A stretch of DNA of 63,926 nt, filler included, from Intoshia linei (Eukaryota; Animalia; Orthonectida): NCBI GenBank assembly GCA_001642005.1. It is 5 parts of 5 records of this genome, joined end to end, with 100 filler letters (N's around TTAATTAATTAA, not from the genome) between each part and the next. Parts side by side here need not be neighbours in the genome. Positions count along the whole stretch, not along the records: positions 1 to 24,289 come from LWCA01000532.1; 4 more parts are not named here. One strand, written 5' to 3'. Shown piece by piece: positions 1 to 14,300 of the stretch (within the stretch, counting starts at the first letter, position 1; every line of letters begins with the position of its first letter). The position numbers were made by a program, and so were the translations under genes. A model generated the notes under the pieces. That model worked only from the letters and a program-made list of their open reading frames with translations. It was not told the DNA's origin and ran no database searches.

Positions 1-428
1 ATACACATTTGTCCATATTTCGTAAAAATAAAAAAATAACGCACTTACAGTAAACATTTTAAGATATAATGATTTATAATAAAGTTATAATAAAAACGAC
101 ATTACTTATGAAACGACCTAATACATTGTGGGATAAGTTTATAAGATTTTAAAATCATAAACATTATCATAAATAGCAAACCCAAAAAAGTTCATTTTCA
201 CAATCAAAACCACAAATTACTCTTTTTTTAAACAACTAAAATAGTTCTAGAATTTTAAAAAAATGCAGTTTATACTGTCATATCCAGTTAACACACATAA
301 AAAATTCAATCTTTCAATTTTTGGACCTTAAATTTACTATAAAATTACTATTAATTCGTTCCTCGTTAACACTATTCGTTTTTGGAAACTCCTGTTATAT
401 GCAAATTTTTTATATATTTAAAATTTAG

Positions 429-3400
429 CATTGAAAAAAATTTCAAAAATTAAACCCAATACGTTATTTTCAGATGTTGAAAAAAATGAATGGAAATTTC
501 AAAATTTAATTGGCACGGGAGGATTTGGTCAAATTTATACAAGTAAATTTTATGTACAGTTAAGGTTCGATTCATACGATTAATTTGTCATGATAAGACC
601 GTTGTGGTCGAATTCGGGTTATTTGAAGTATTTTATATCAGCTTGACCAGTTTTCTCTAGCAATGTTCAAATATATTATTTTTTTTTTTGTTAACACGCC
701 ACATTGTATATTTTGTTTATCAAGTATTCTGAGGGACAAAATGTTCTACAAACATGTACCTTTGCAAAGACAGATTTGTAAATCAGAATTTAGATATTTT
801 TTAACAAATTTTTAATCACTGATCAATAAGATGTTTCTAATTTACACTATAAATATGTTTAAATTTATAGTTTAATTTTTTTTTTAGTTTCATGTTGTAA
901 TTCCAATAAATATGAACGAGATGAATGTGCTATAAAAATTGTAAGTTTTTAATGAATGTGATACAGATGTGATGGAATATGAACTCTTTAATTAAACTTA
1001 ATCAACACTATGCCAAGAATTTATATAGGACATTATATATAAATGTAGGCTTAATTAATAATGAATAATGCAATGTTTCTCAATCGTAGTCCAAAATAAA
1101 AATTCGTCAGCGGAAAATCTTTTGAGTTAATGAGTTAAATCTGAGTAGAAGAATTATAATTCTTATAATTATCACTCGTGGGGAACCCATATAATTTTTC
1201 GTTTTATTCAGTGTTGATAATAATTTTTATAAGTAAAATATTTTTATAAAAATCTAAATTTTTCCAAGAATATCAAAATATTGTGTGGAAAAGGTCCCAG
1301 GTCAACGTGAAGGTTCAGAATATCTGTTTTGTGTGATATGAAGTACATAATTGGATTAATTTTATTTTATACTAGGAACCATCAATTAATGGAACATTAT
1401 TTTGCGAAATGTATTGTTATATGCATCTTAAAAAATCAAAAATTAATAGTTTTATATTATGCGCATAAATTTGTTAAAATTAAATTTTAGTTATTCAATG
1501 GCTTTTAAAAATAAATGAAAATTATTTACCTTTGCCACGATTAATTTCTGCTGGAACTTGTGACATTGAAAATATTATTTACAGGTTATTTACATTACAT
1601 TTAACCTTTACGCTAATCTTTATTGAATAAAATTCAATGTTTGTTTATGTGTATGTGTGTTACAGTTTATTTAAAAAATTAACAGTCTTAGAATTTAAAA
1701 AAAATAATTTCTAATACCGGTTTTCTGGTGATGTTTATATCTGTTTTATTTTCCGAAATGTACTCCTTCAGGTTCAAAAACCCAATTTTCCCTTTTTTTT
1801 AAAAATAAATTCGGCCCTAAAATTTAAAAAAACATAAAATATGGTATATAAATATTAATAAAATAATATATATATAATCTCAGCCTCATAAAATGAAATG
1901 TTTATATTCAAACACCAAATTAAAAATTTGTTTTAAAAATTAAAGAGTCCTAGGATTTTTTACAACATAGATTCTTGAATAGTTTTTAAAATCAAGCATT
2001 ATCATAAATGGCAACATCAAAAATTTTCACAATAATGCGGCCCGCCACGTATCTGAGTTTGACATGGCTGCATAAAAGCAACAAAACCATATAATCAAAA
2101 AAATATTCATGATATTTTTTTCGATTGCACCTGTGGGTGTTAGCACTCCGATTAAGAAACTCTGATCTAAGTGCATTTGGTGCATATTTGATAATAAAAA
2201 ATAGTGCGGTGACTATTTTACAAAGTCCGTTGAAAAGCAGTTTCTGGAAACTTGTCCCGACCTGTGAAGAGGTGGCTAATGTACGTAATAATATGCTATA
2301 ATAATTTAGATTCATCATAATTCAAAGATTCGGTATTAGTTTAGAAAAATATATGGAAGAAAAATATAAGAATAAATTACCTGTCGGCGTTGCTGCTGAT
2401 ATTATAGTTAAAATGGTTTTTTTAAATTGTGAAATATTGAAATTTAATATACGATATTCTAAGATTACTGCACTTCAATTTATGCATGAAAACGATTACG
2501 CGCATGGAGATGTTAAAGCCCTCAACATTCTATTCGGGAATAATGATCCAAATAAAGTAATTGATATTAATTTTAATAAGTATACTCGAATATTTATTGT
2601 GTATCATTGTATCTTAACTCGGACTGGGTGCGGACCACAGTTAAAAAATTTCAATTTAGCTATTTACTTAAATTTGATTTTTATATCGGTCCTGAATCAG
2701 GAACTCTTGTGAATCAGTGCTACATCATTACATTCTCTATTCATAGAGTCTACTGTATATTGGTTAATGTGTTGTAAATTTGTTCATTATTTACGCATTA
2801 ACAATTATTATTATTAGTAATTAACATATGAGCTGGGAGTGACATGTCAGTTGGTAGAAATAGGATATATGGCTCTAATATTATATGATTCATGAAAATA
2901 TATTTTCTGATATCTTATCGATCATACTTTATTATATATTTCACTAATTTATTAATATAGGTATATCTTATTGATTTTGGAATTGCACAACGATTTATAT
3001 TAAATAATGAATTTATAAGTTATAACCCTAATAAGAAAAACAAACACAATGGTACATTGATGTTTACTAGCTGTGATATGCATGAAGGAGCAGGTATATA
3101 TTATTTACTTTATTTTATTATTATTATTACTACTATATATACTTCATTTTATTCAATTTAATTGATAATGAAATTGTCCAACAGTTATTTTTTATACGAC
3201 TGATATAATATCCAGAATAGCGTGAAACGTATATATTTTTATTCAAAAATATTGGATAAACAATAACTCAAAATAAAACTGAATTTTTTCTTAGTTAATT
3301 TGGATATTTATGATACACTTTACTAACGTTGAACCGAACTAAAATGTTTTATGATGTATCTATAATTACTAATATGTTCGATTTTGCTTTGTTGAAACTT

Positions 3401-5967
3401 AGTACTAATGATGTAACGTTTTCAGGCACCGGAATCGAAAATTCATTTTTTCATTAAAAACCAACGATTCCAACTCTAACGTAATACCATTACAATATTA
3501 ATAGTAATAATGGCCCAATGTATTGGGCCATCTCGTCTATGTTGAAAAATATTAATGTATTGAAAGTACATGGATATTAATGTGTCTCAAAAAAAATGAG
3601 TATTTTTAGGCAAAGTTTCGCCTTATTTACATTGTTAATTTATTTACTCAATTTCCAAAAATTATATTATATATTAAATTATAAAATCTTACTTAAAAAT
3701 GCATAGCAATTTTTCTTAAAATGACGCCAAAATAAAAATATAATCCATAAAATCCAAATTTTTGTGATTCTGTAGTAGTATCACTAAAAAATGTTTGCCA
3801 TCATTGGTTTACACTAAGGGTCCTTATCCTCGTGTTCACGATAAAATTGAAGTTTTTATGAAAAAAAATTCATTGGTGTTGTTTAATTTATTGCAATGTA
3901 AACTATGCATTCTTGCAGATAATTTAAAATTAAAAATTATTTAAAAATTGTCTCAGAATTTTGAATTTTCTTGTTTTTTCAAATTTTTTTAACGGATATA
4001 TCGAAATTCATTATGTGTATATGTAATGAAAAGGTTTTAATGATCTATATATGCTCATTAAGCATATATAAATAAAAAATTCAAACTAAAAAAATAGACC
4101 TAAAATTTATAATAACATAATTGAGTGCTGACCGCCGGGTTTAAAATGAGAGTTAACGTGTAATGCAACACGAAAAATATTATACTGAAAATGACTTTTC
4201 TATCTTTTAATATGATGATCACCCTAATGCAGGGGTCGACGACCAGTGTCCTGCGGACCAAAAGTGGCCCACAGAATAATTTTCGCGCCCCTTTGAGTAA
4301 ATGTGTACATTATTTATTTTTCAATTTTTAAACACTTTTCTACTATAATTGTTTATTTCTCTTCAGTTAAAATTGAAATTTATCCTGTGTAAAAATTGTA
4401 AAAAACAGGCTCATATAATTTTTTGTCGAATAAAGTGGCCCACGAAACGCAATATGTTGCAGACCCTGCCCAATGCTTATAATATAGTAAGCCTTATATC
4501 ATGTAAGATTAAAATGGCTCAATATTGTGAATTTATACGTTTACTTAAAAATTAAATACGGTAATTACCATTATTGAAAAGAATACAAATTTAAGTGAAT
4601 TTAAATGTCGGGCCTCATAAAATTCAATTCCGGTGTAGATTGATGCTACTGTCGTATATCATAAAATTTAGATCCTACTCCTCGAGGAGATTTGGAATCG
4701 TTGGGATACAATTTGGTTTATTGGATTTGCGGTAGTTTACCTTGGTCAAACCTAAAAAATGGCGATTTAGTTTGGGAAAAAAAATTAAAGTTTAAACTTT
4801 TAAAATGTATATATTCTGATTTAGATGGCGGAAATTTATCGATATTGAAACATCTGAAACTGGTAATAATTTTTACATTTAAAATTCAAATCATTTATTA
4901 ATAAATCATTATTAAAATGTAGTCAAAAATTTTAAATTTGAATTATGATCCTTACTTACATTACATTCACTCAACCTAGCTGTATTAGCTAAAAAAACCT
5001 AAATTTTCTATCATTATTAATCTAATTACTAATTAATTAATTAATTATTTTTGAAAAATGTCTATTTTACATACCAGGATATATATTTTAACCCCCGTTT
5101 TCAATACTAAAGAAGTTTTTTTAACTTTGAAGGTAAATGAAGTTATTAATGAATAAATTAGTGTATAGCACAGGTGGGAAAGCATTTACTGTTCGAAGGC
5201 CGCACTAATGTCCCCAAAAAATTTAATAAAGCCGCACCTTCTAAATAAAATTTAAATAATTTCATCAGTACAAACCCACAAAGGGTGAATAATTTTATTC
5301 TAAAGGAGGTGAATGATACATTTTTATCATATTCCATTCAATTTAGTTAAATATTACGAGAAAATGCTAAAACTTTTTAACTCTTAAGGAAAAATCCCAT
5401 TTTACCAAACTTTTAGATTAAAAATCCCTTTATCTCATCCCAAAAGAAAAAACTTAATTTTACTATCACTTCATGAAAAAAGCCGCTTTTATCAATATTT
5501 TTTTGAAAAATCCCATTTTACTAAAAATTAATATTTAAAAAATAATATAATAAATAAAATTGCTTAGAAGGCCACACTTTCCCACCTCTGGTGTATAGTA
5601 ACCAATTTATAAAAATATAACATTTTTATACTGTAGAATTAATAAAACCAATAAAAAAATACATGAACATTGTGTATAAATTGAAATATGATGAATTTCC
5701 TAATTATACAAATTTGAGAAAATTGTTTAAACCTTTTATTGGCACCATTTCAAATGTAAATTTCAATACAAAAATAAAGAAAGAAAAAATACCATTAAGC
5801 ACAATGAATGCGAAATCACAACCAAATAAGAAAATTAAATCGAATGGTAATAAGTATAAACCTGTAAAGGTCAACAAAGGATATGTTCGATTTATTAGTA
5901 ATTTTTATTAATTGTATTAATTAATGTATATATTTAGAATCTAAGGACAATGTTAATATTGACTAAA
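429..5967 (+). CDS. VRK1: Vaccinia-related (VRK, CK1 group) Ser/Thr kinase, about 10-11 exons; 5' end probably upstream of the window
   Basis: Hand-spliced exons: [24 protein letters not shown] (429-542); CAIKI|[15 protein letters not shown] (~888-940, ~1376-1448); [10 protein letters not shown] (~1491-1584); [13 protein letters not shown] (~2310-2415); [10 protein letters not shown] (~2464-2556); VYLIDFGIA...[15 protein letters not shown] (~2961-3092); [24 protein letters not shown] (~4672-4790); [23 protein letters not shown] (~5637 onward). These match VRK family motifs. The stop is uncertain (5911, or ~5967 via one more short intron). Confidence 0.9.
4230..4468. mobile_element. hAT-type MITE in a VRK intron
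   Basis: Ends CAGGGGTC and GACCCTG, subterminal GTGGCCC motifs, near-duplicated flanks CCCTAATG/CCCAATG. Confidence 0.6.
5169..5590. mobile_element. hAT MITE with a perfect 8-bp TSD
   Basis: GTGTATAG|CACAGGTGGGAAAG ... CTTTCCCACCTCTG|GTGTATAG. Confidence 0.9.
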
Positions 5968-6831
5968 AAATATTTATTAAATTTTATTTTTATTCTCCAA
6001 ATTTCGTTGTTATATTTTCTTTAAATTTTAAAGAGTTAATACAAAGCTGGCCAAACAGTTTAACCTGGAATTTAATGGTTTTATTAAACATTGGTCGCAT
6101 TTCACTCAGTATAATATTCTATTATTGAATTGATATATTTCTGTTGTTTTACGTTAGGTAATTCAATCCTTCAAACCATTTTGGGTGTTTTAACATGTAT
6201 TAATTGGTAAATTTAATTTCATCGTGATTTCGATTAATCGGCATTTTTAATTAAAAATGCACTTGTGTCAAATCGAAGAAAATTGAATGACAAAGCTTTT
6301 AATAAAAAATATTAAAAATGATAATTTTCTCTGAAATCAGCCATTAAACATGAAGGATGTTTTATATAAATCCATTGCCACCTTTTACGATACTAACTAA
6401 AGTAACTTTACAAATCCCAAACAATTACCAATTTTAAGCAAACCCTAATATGAGATTTTTCAATTAAATCTACTAAAAAATCCGTATATTTTCAATTACT
6501 TTAAAGTTCTATAAATAGAATTAAAATCCAATTATAATCGAAACACCATAAATTATACTTTAATAAAGTTTGTTACAAGAAAATAAGTTAATATTCATGC
6601 AAATTTATTTTTATATACGAAAAAATATAATATCCACAAAATGCATGTTTTCTAAGAGAAAATGTGAAGAGATTTTTACGATTAGTAAAAAAATCATTTA
6701 AAATCATGATGGTAATCTCGCACTTGAAGGCTCCAAGCCGAATAAGTAAATTTCGCGCTCACCTAGGATATGCGAGAATAACGCAAATTTGTATCTGAAT
6801 TAAACTCTAGAATTTTTAAAACAATTTTATA

Positions 6832-7708
6832 ATGAAGATAAAAATAAAATTTAATAAAACACTACACCATATCGATGATATTGAGCCAACGTGTACATTA
6901 AACGAATTGAAAATCCAGATAATGAAATGTATCGGATGTGATTCAGTCGATTTAAAATTACGTTTCAACTATCCTCCAACATTACTAGATACATCTGATA
7001 ATTTCCAAGGCAAAGGAGACCAAAAAACGGTAACAGATTATGATTTACAACAAGGAGATGTAATACACGTAGATATTTTGAAACCTCTAGAAGAATTGGA
7101 CTTGTCACGGTGTTTAAAAATCGAAAAGGTTGCCGCCGATAATTCTTGTCTTTTCAATTCCATTTGTATTCTAATTCCAGGCGAATCTCGAACACCTAGT
7201 CAACTTCGTACCATTATATCAGAGTATATACAAATGAACCCAGATGTATACACAATGTTAGTATTGGGTAAATCTATAGACGACTATTGCGATTGGATCA
7301 ATTTAGGCAATAGTTGGGGTGGATATATAGAATTATCCATTTTTTCAAAATTATACCGTTGCCAATTTGTAGTTTTTGATACACACACCGTCCAGGCTAT
7401 TCGATTAGGGGACTATGAAGAAGTTGCATATTTAAACTATAACGGGATCCATTATAATCCAATAGTCTTAAATACTGGAAAAAGCAAGACAACAATTTTC
7501 AAAGTTGATAATGAATCAATATTCAATCAAGCTCAACAACTCACAATTGACCAAAACAGCCAAGTTGCCACAAAAAAAATTAAATGTAACCCCATCTTAT
7601 AAAAATAATCTCAATTTAGGCTCCGTTTGTCAAGTCATTTTAAATAGTCAATTTGAAGCGAAAGACCATTCGAATAAAACCAACCATTATGCATATGAAG
7701 AAGTTTAA
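6832..7708 (+). CDS. YOD1: OTU1/YOD1 deubiquitinase (UBX/ubiquitin-like domain, OTU domain, C2H2 zinc finger); exons 6832-7585 and 7620-7708
   Basis: Catalytic motifs ADNSCLF, SWGGYIELSI and YNGIHY. A 34-nt GT..AG intron (7586-7619) joins the two track ORFs to give IKCSVCQVILNSQFEAKDHSNKTNHYAYEEV*, the typical OTU1 C-terminal zinc finger. Confidence 0.93.
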
Positions 7709-7714
7709 TTAAAG

Positions 7715-8275
7715 TTAATATTTTAAATTGATATTATTTCTTCTGTAAAAACTGTTCTTTAACATTTTAGTTCTACCGTATTGCGGATTCACCATATCGT
7801 CTACATTGACAATTACCCCAAGTTTCCACCCATAAGACCACGAATTTAACAATGGATATTTATATCTGTTTTCGGGTAGACTGTTTGATCTAACCTTTAA
7901 GTACTTGTTTCGTCCTTTTTTTGTACTTTGACTATTCAACAATGCTTTAACACTGGGTTCAATATTGTACATGTCTGGAATTTTGAATTTAGATAACGAA
8001 AGTCCACTGTAATGATCATTGTTATTTTTTTTCTTTTTAGCATCTGCTGATATTTGGGGCAGTTTTTCGTGTTCTGAAAAAGGTGCGTATGTCAATATTC
8101 TTTTACGGTAAATCTTGAAAAATATGGAAATGTATACATTATATAATTCATTATATACCTCATATTGACCGCCAGACCTATACTGTGGTTTGTTTTTAAA
8201 CCATTCAATCCGCAAAAAATTGTCTTTCTCAATTTGGTGACACAAAGATTGGCTTGTGTTGACTGTCTTACTCAT
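7715..8275 (-). CDS. ATP6V1FNB/SPMIP1 (DUF4722)-like ciliary or sperm microtubule inner protein; probable in-frame 45-nt intron at 8114-8158
   Basis: N-terminal QIEKDNFLRIEW and C-terminal GRNKYLKVRSNSLPENRYKYPLLNSWSYGWKLG...YGRTKMLKNSFYRRN resemble this family as I recall it. The AT-rich segment GTATATAAT...TTTTTCAAG is an in-frame intron candidate. Confidence 0.65.
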   Translation of the reverse strand: MSKTVNTSQSLCHQIEKDNFLRIEWFKNKPQYRSGGQYEVYNELYNVYISIFFKIYRKRILTYAPFSEHEKLPQISADAKKKKNNNDHYSGLSLSKFKIPDMYNIEPSVKALLNSQSTKKGRNKYLKVRSNSLPENRYKYPLLNSWSYGWKLGVIVNVDDMVNPQYGRTKMLKNSFYRRNNINLKY

Positions 8276-8354
8276 TGTATCACTGTCAATATTGATAATG
8301 TTAAAATTTATTTAAAACTATATAATTGCATACATTTGAAATAATTAGAATGAT

Positions 8355-11300
8355 TTATTTTTTGACTCTTTCAATTCAATGATTCGATTAAAAACAATCT
8401 AAAAAATAATAACAATAATATTAAATACAATACTTTTTCATTTTGTGTATCAGGGTCTACAACAAAATAACCGATTCGCATAAATTGAAATCTTTCACCG
8501 ATCTCTGCGTGCTTAATCAAGTTTTTAGGGTAAAGGCATTCGGTGAAAATAGTTAAGGAATTCTAAAATGTAGGTTACAAAAATAAAAATGTCAATTTAT
8601 TACCTCGTTACATTTTTTTAAACCTTCATTGGACAGATCGGGGATTTTATCATTAAAGAGGTTTGAATAGAAACGGCAGGTTACTTTTTGACAATCAGAG
8701 TTAATCCAATGGATAAAGCATTTTGGTTTATTGGTTGACGTTAATTTTTCTAATTTGCATATAATTATTTTTTCGCTGTTTATCTAAAATTAAAATGATA
8801 ATTTAAAAAAAAATCGACTGAATTTTGAAAATATTTTGACTTTCATACTTTTCAAATCAAAAAATAAATGTGACCGGTCAGTGTTTATAAAATCTGGTGA
8901 CCTTTGACCAATACTTATTGTATCTACCACTAAGAATTATTGTTTACGCATGTAATTTATTAAGTCTCCATGGGAAAATGGAATCTTTTAAACACCACTT
9001 ATATTCTGTGCTATGATACGTTACTTGCTCAATATTTGTCGGTATTAAAACGAGATTAGAATTCATTAATCCTACTGACTGGGTAAGAGAACCTCTTCTA
9101 TAGTCTTTACTGGGGTTATTCTAAAATTAATTCAATATTTAAATAACAATTGGAAATACCTCATAAAAATCATCTTGGTCTATATAAAATTCTGGAGTTA
9201 ATTTAAATATATTATTTTTCATTGAATTGACAGGTATTAATGATACTTCATTTGGATCATTTTCAGTGTACCAAGATGTTGCTTCTTTATAATTAGTTAT
9301 TTTTATTTTTAATGGATTTATCACAACCATTAATCTAAATATGAATTAAATTCCAAATACAAACAACAAACAATTTGAATTTTATCAACAATACGTTTAT
9401 TTTTTTTTTGGTTGGGCAATTTTATAATAAATTTTCTTAGTTTAATTAATGGAAGTATCATCAAATTATCAATTCCTATTTTTTTAATTTATTGACACAA
9501 AAATATATATTATTATAATTATTTATGTATATCTGTTATAGCGGAAAACAAAAAATAATAAAGACATTTTTCATTTTATTGTTGTAATTGTAATTATATT
9601 ATTTTGTACTATTCAACATGAAAATTAAAAAACCGTTCAACTTTTATACATAACAAATATCGAAATACTAAAATTGTGACATTGAGAGGTCTGACTATTT
9701 AAAATGACCCCTCGACTTATAATTTATCCTGTGAACCCTTATAAACCTTGAGAAGAACCGTCTCAAATGATTACAATTTCTATATTGAAAATCGCTAATA
9801 TGACTAATTCAGTATTTAAAAAGGTACCTAGGACATTCTGCATCTAACACGATTCGAGTGCAATGGTTTAACATTTTGACATCAATTGTATTTTCTGCCA
9901 TAGTAATACCAACCTAAATAGACAAATTATAGAACATAAATGACAACTTGCGAATTAAAAATTTAACAAAAACTTTTTTAGCAATTATACCAATTTACTA
10001 GAAAATATTTAATATTTTTAACTAGTAATAATACCGTGTCAAATTTACCCATTTTTCTAACATTTTATTTCGAATTAAAGTATTTATATGGATAATATTG
10101 TGATAATTTCGGGTCGATTAACAATATCTCAAGCAGCGATTGAACTTTAAATATCTGTAAAACAATTGTAAGTAATTGACAGGGAGAAAATAATCAATAT
10201 CAAAGTGTTTAAAATTGTATATATCAAATGTACATACCAAATTAACAAAGTTCAAAATAGCTTGTGGTGGTACACCTCTTCTCCTGAGAGCACTGAGTGT
10301 AAATAATCTAGGATCATCCCAATCTGCGACAATACCTTTATCAATTAATTTTTTAATTTTTCGCTTTGATAAAACTGTATATTCAATATTTAATCTGGAA
10401 TATTCCCATTGCACGGGACAGTAAATTCCAACAGCATTGCATAACCAATAATATGAAGGCCGTCTAAAGTATTTAATTTAAAAGTTATCGGTGAGATTTC
10501 TCAAAATGCTTGTACTTTCGACCCCGTTGATATGCCATTTTTGAATGCATAAATTTACATTACAAGAAATCAAAATTACTACAATCCCAAATTGGATACT
10601 TGGAGGGAAAACTGTTTTGTAAAGAGTTTTACTTAATGTATAAATAAAAAATCATTGAAATCAATAAACATTTGTAGTGTTTGTTAAATTCGTTTTTAAG
10701 GTTTTATTAGAAATTAACCTGTTTTGAAATTCTTTAGTACACATGGAATGTGTAATATTTTCAATTGAATCACATAAGCAATGGGCGTAATCGTAGGTTG
10801 GATAAATACACCTACATTTTAAGTTAATGTGACAAATATTTCGATTTTAAATATATTTTTGTACACGTAAAATTGTTCATCTTGGAAATAATTTGTTTGT
10901 AAAAAAATATCAGCTAAACATTTGTTTAACTGTACGGCATATTTCATTGGAAATATTTGATTTTTTTAAATAATGACTTTCAATTCACTTTAAGAACAAA
11001 GTGATAGATAAGAGTAAATTATTTAATCAATTCTCAAGTATCAAAGTTTAAATATATACCATTGATTTTTGGATTTAGGGTGATAAAAATATATTATACG
11101 ATACGCAACTGGATCAACTTTTCCATCTTTCATGGTATGTTTTAATCTTAAACATATTTCACCTTCCAGGAATTTTCCATTTCGCATATCCTAAATAGCA
11201 AAATTAAGTTTTCATTTTTGGCACACAAATTTTTGAAAATTTTACTCAGTAGTAATACTAGGAATAATTTAAAATAACTTAAATTTCTTCTTAATGGGAA

Positions 11301-14300
11301 ATACACATACCAGTGGTTCTAGAATCTAGACGTAGAGCAGCAGAATTTTTTTTAAAATTGAACTAACATAAAAAATACTGTAGTAACGAAAAATATCTAC
11401 CCTAATGACTTTAATTGAACCAATGACAAAACAAAATTTCAAAGTCGTTGAAGAAAGAAGACAATAGACCACATAAATGTAAACAAAATATGCGTCAAAT
11501 AGTCAAATTTCAACTTTAATATAATAATTTGAAATGTATGGCAGTTTTCTCGCGCAACTTGTGTCAATACAAACTAAAAATCAACAATGCTATTTTATAT
11601 TGACGCACCTATCAAGGCTTTTATGGATTCCACGTCACAATTAAAAAATATTATAACCACAACTATACTCCCTTGCAGCAATTTTGCATTGATATAAACC
11701 AATCTAAACTACATGCTATGTTTTTCAATTTTCTATATATTAAACGATTTGGCAAGATCTTTCATTGGCAAAAAAAGTCGTAGAAATTGAAGTTTTTAAT
11801 TATTTTGTTACTTTGAACGGGCACCAATTTTGCAAAACTATCGAAAACATAATAAACTCGGATTTCCCGATAAATAATTGTTTTTAAACTGTTTTCATTA
11901 TAGCAAATGACACTGTCAAATAATATTACAAAATTAATAGATAAAGATTTGAAGGATGGTATCGAAAAGGTAAATATCGCAAAAACCCGCAATATTTCCC
12001 TTAGAACAATTTATAACATTTCAAATGAATAAAGATCAATCAAATCAAAGCGAATTACAACTTTAAAAAAAGAAAGAGTTCAAAAAGCAATTAAAAAGTC
12101 TGCTGATGGGGTGCAAAAATCTGGAAGGGTTGTTACATCAACATCCGTTGCTGCTCGTATGCGATGTTCTCCTTTAAGAGCAACTATTTGACGGGCCCTT
12201 AATGATAGCGATTTGAAGTATCGACGTTCATTGCAAAAACTGACATTGACTGATGCACAAAATAATGGCCGCCTAAATTTTGTACGCTACCTTTTTTTAA
12301 TAGGGTTGATATCGATAAAATTGTATTTTCGGATGAATGTAGATTTTATTTAGATGGAAGTGATAATCTCATGTCGTGGAAACCATTACAACTCCAAAAA
12401 CGAGCATTTTAAGGTAAATCCATAATGATTTTGGTTGTTTAACATCTTGCGGGAAAGTTGTGATTAGGAAATTGAACCATACTGTTAATAGCGATTCTTA
12501 TAAAAAAATTTAATTTGAAGATGTATTTACTCAACTAAGTAACATAGTTCCTGGCTTTGTCTTTCAACAATATAATGCTAGACCTCATGTGATCAAAAAA
12601 ACAAGGGAAAGATTTGCTGCTGTATCAATAAAATTAATAGATTGGTCTCCTTATATATCCCCAATAGAAAATCTATGGTTAATTATAAAGAATTAGCTAT
12701 ATGATGGTTCACAATTTAATTCGAAAATGCATGTATGGCAGAAAATATCTCATATTGTCCAGGAAATAATTTTAAAGGAAAAAAGGCATAATTATAAGGC
12801 TACATAAATCATTTAATTCAAAATGATTATTAAATATACGAGGTTATGATGAATAATGGAAAGTTGATAGATGTATAGAATATAATATATATTTAATATA
12901 TCAATAAATAATTATATTTATTGTTTTGCAAAATTGTTGAGACTTTCATATCTACATTGAAAAATGAAAAATGTAAATTTCTACGATTTAATTCGGCCCA
13001 TTTTTTTATTTTTTTTAGTCTACGATAGATCTTGCTTCGCTGATTAATATATAAAAAATTCAGACACTTAGAGTATCACTGAGACTAGTTTCTAATAATT
13101 GCAAAATTGCTGCGAGGGAGTCTAGTTAAAACCTTCAAAAATATTTATCCTTTTAAAACTTTAAACAATTCGATCGCTCTCAGACACGGTTAAATTTTTA
13201 AATAAATTACTTATTTATACTATTTTTTTAGTAAACAAAAAGTATACATTAACATTTGAAGATTATAACAATGACGTAATGGTTCATTTAATATTTAATT
13301 ATAAGTAACTAGAACAGGATTCAATGACATGTTAATGATTAAATTTGCATTAAAAACAAGACTATTAATAAATCAAAATAAACATGGCATTCACACTTAT
13401 CCCATTCGCGCTCGCGCATATTTGAAACTCTACTACTCACAGCGGATCAAAAATAACCCCAAATAATGAATGGGAAATAGGTAAAAAGAATAAAATTGTT
13501 AGTCATAAATTTTTTGAGCTATAAACAGAAGTAATACAATTATGAAATATATCAGGATGGCGCGTGGGACGCATGTGGTCCACCAGATCAAACAGTGCGG
13601 CCTGTAAAATTTAGGAATATATTTTGAAAAGTATTGACTTACAGAAATATCATCATTACCACATTATCTAGCATTAATTTAATTTTTTTAGAAATAATTC
13701 TGTCTTTCTGAACTAATTATTCTCAACTTCGTACTTTTTGCAATTTACAATAATAATTCTCATTTTTGTACTATTATGACTTTATAAAATACTAATTATA
13801 TTTTTAATTGCCGTAATATTCATATCATGATACTCGTAATAATTTGTTGATTATTGTGATATTTTGACTTATTTTTTGCCTTTGGACTATATTTTTTAAT
13901 ATTGCGGCCCGCGAAATTTGTAAAGTTTATTTTTTGGCTCTCACGCGTCATATGTTTGCACCATCCTGACATATATTATGGGTGTATTCTTTACAAATAC
14001 AAAAATTTGGTCCTGGTTTAAGAGAATATTCTTAAATCCAACCATTTTTACTAAAAATCAACTTTAACAAAACATGAATGGAAAAATCCATAACGGCATA
14101 TTATAGAAAATTTATAAAACTATAGAAAAGTAATACTTAATTTGTGATTTGTATTTTTATACCAAACTTAACAAATTACTATTTTTTGGAGTGGAATATT
14201 TTCAGCTTTTATGAAATAGTTTGTAATTTTATAAATTCACAGTAAACCATACAATACATAAATAATAATATAAGTGGATTTTTAGTAAAAATGGTTGGAT

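Noticed and set aside
1992-2318. 108-aa minus-strand ORF and most other short ORFs in the track (e.g. 4349, 11762, 14898, 24517, 27521, 32304, 42208, 51076, 60617)
   Set aside because: Chance ORFs in AT-rich introns or repeats, or antisense shadows of real exons. No motifs or splice support.
3511-3530. Short palindrome TGGCCCAATGTATTGGGCCA and TTTCGCGC (E2F-like) at ~6751
   Set aside because: Too short to distinguish from chance or TE debris.
7505-7708. Apparent frameshift or overlapping ORF in OTU1
   Set aside because: Fully explained by a 34-nt GT-AG intron. No recoding is needed.
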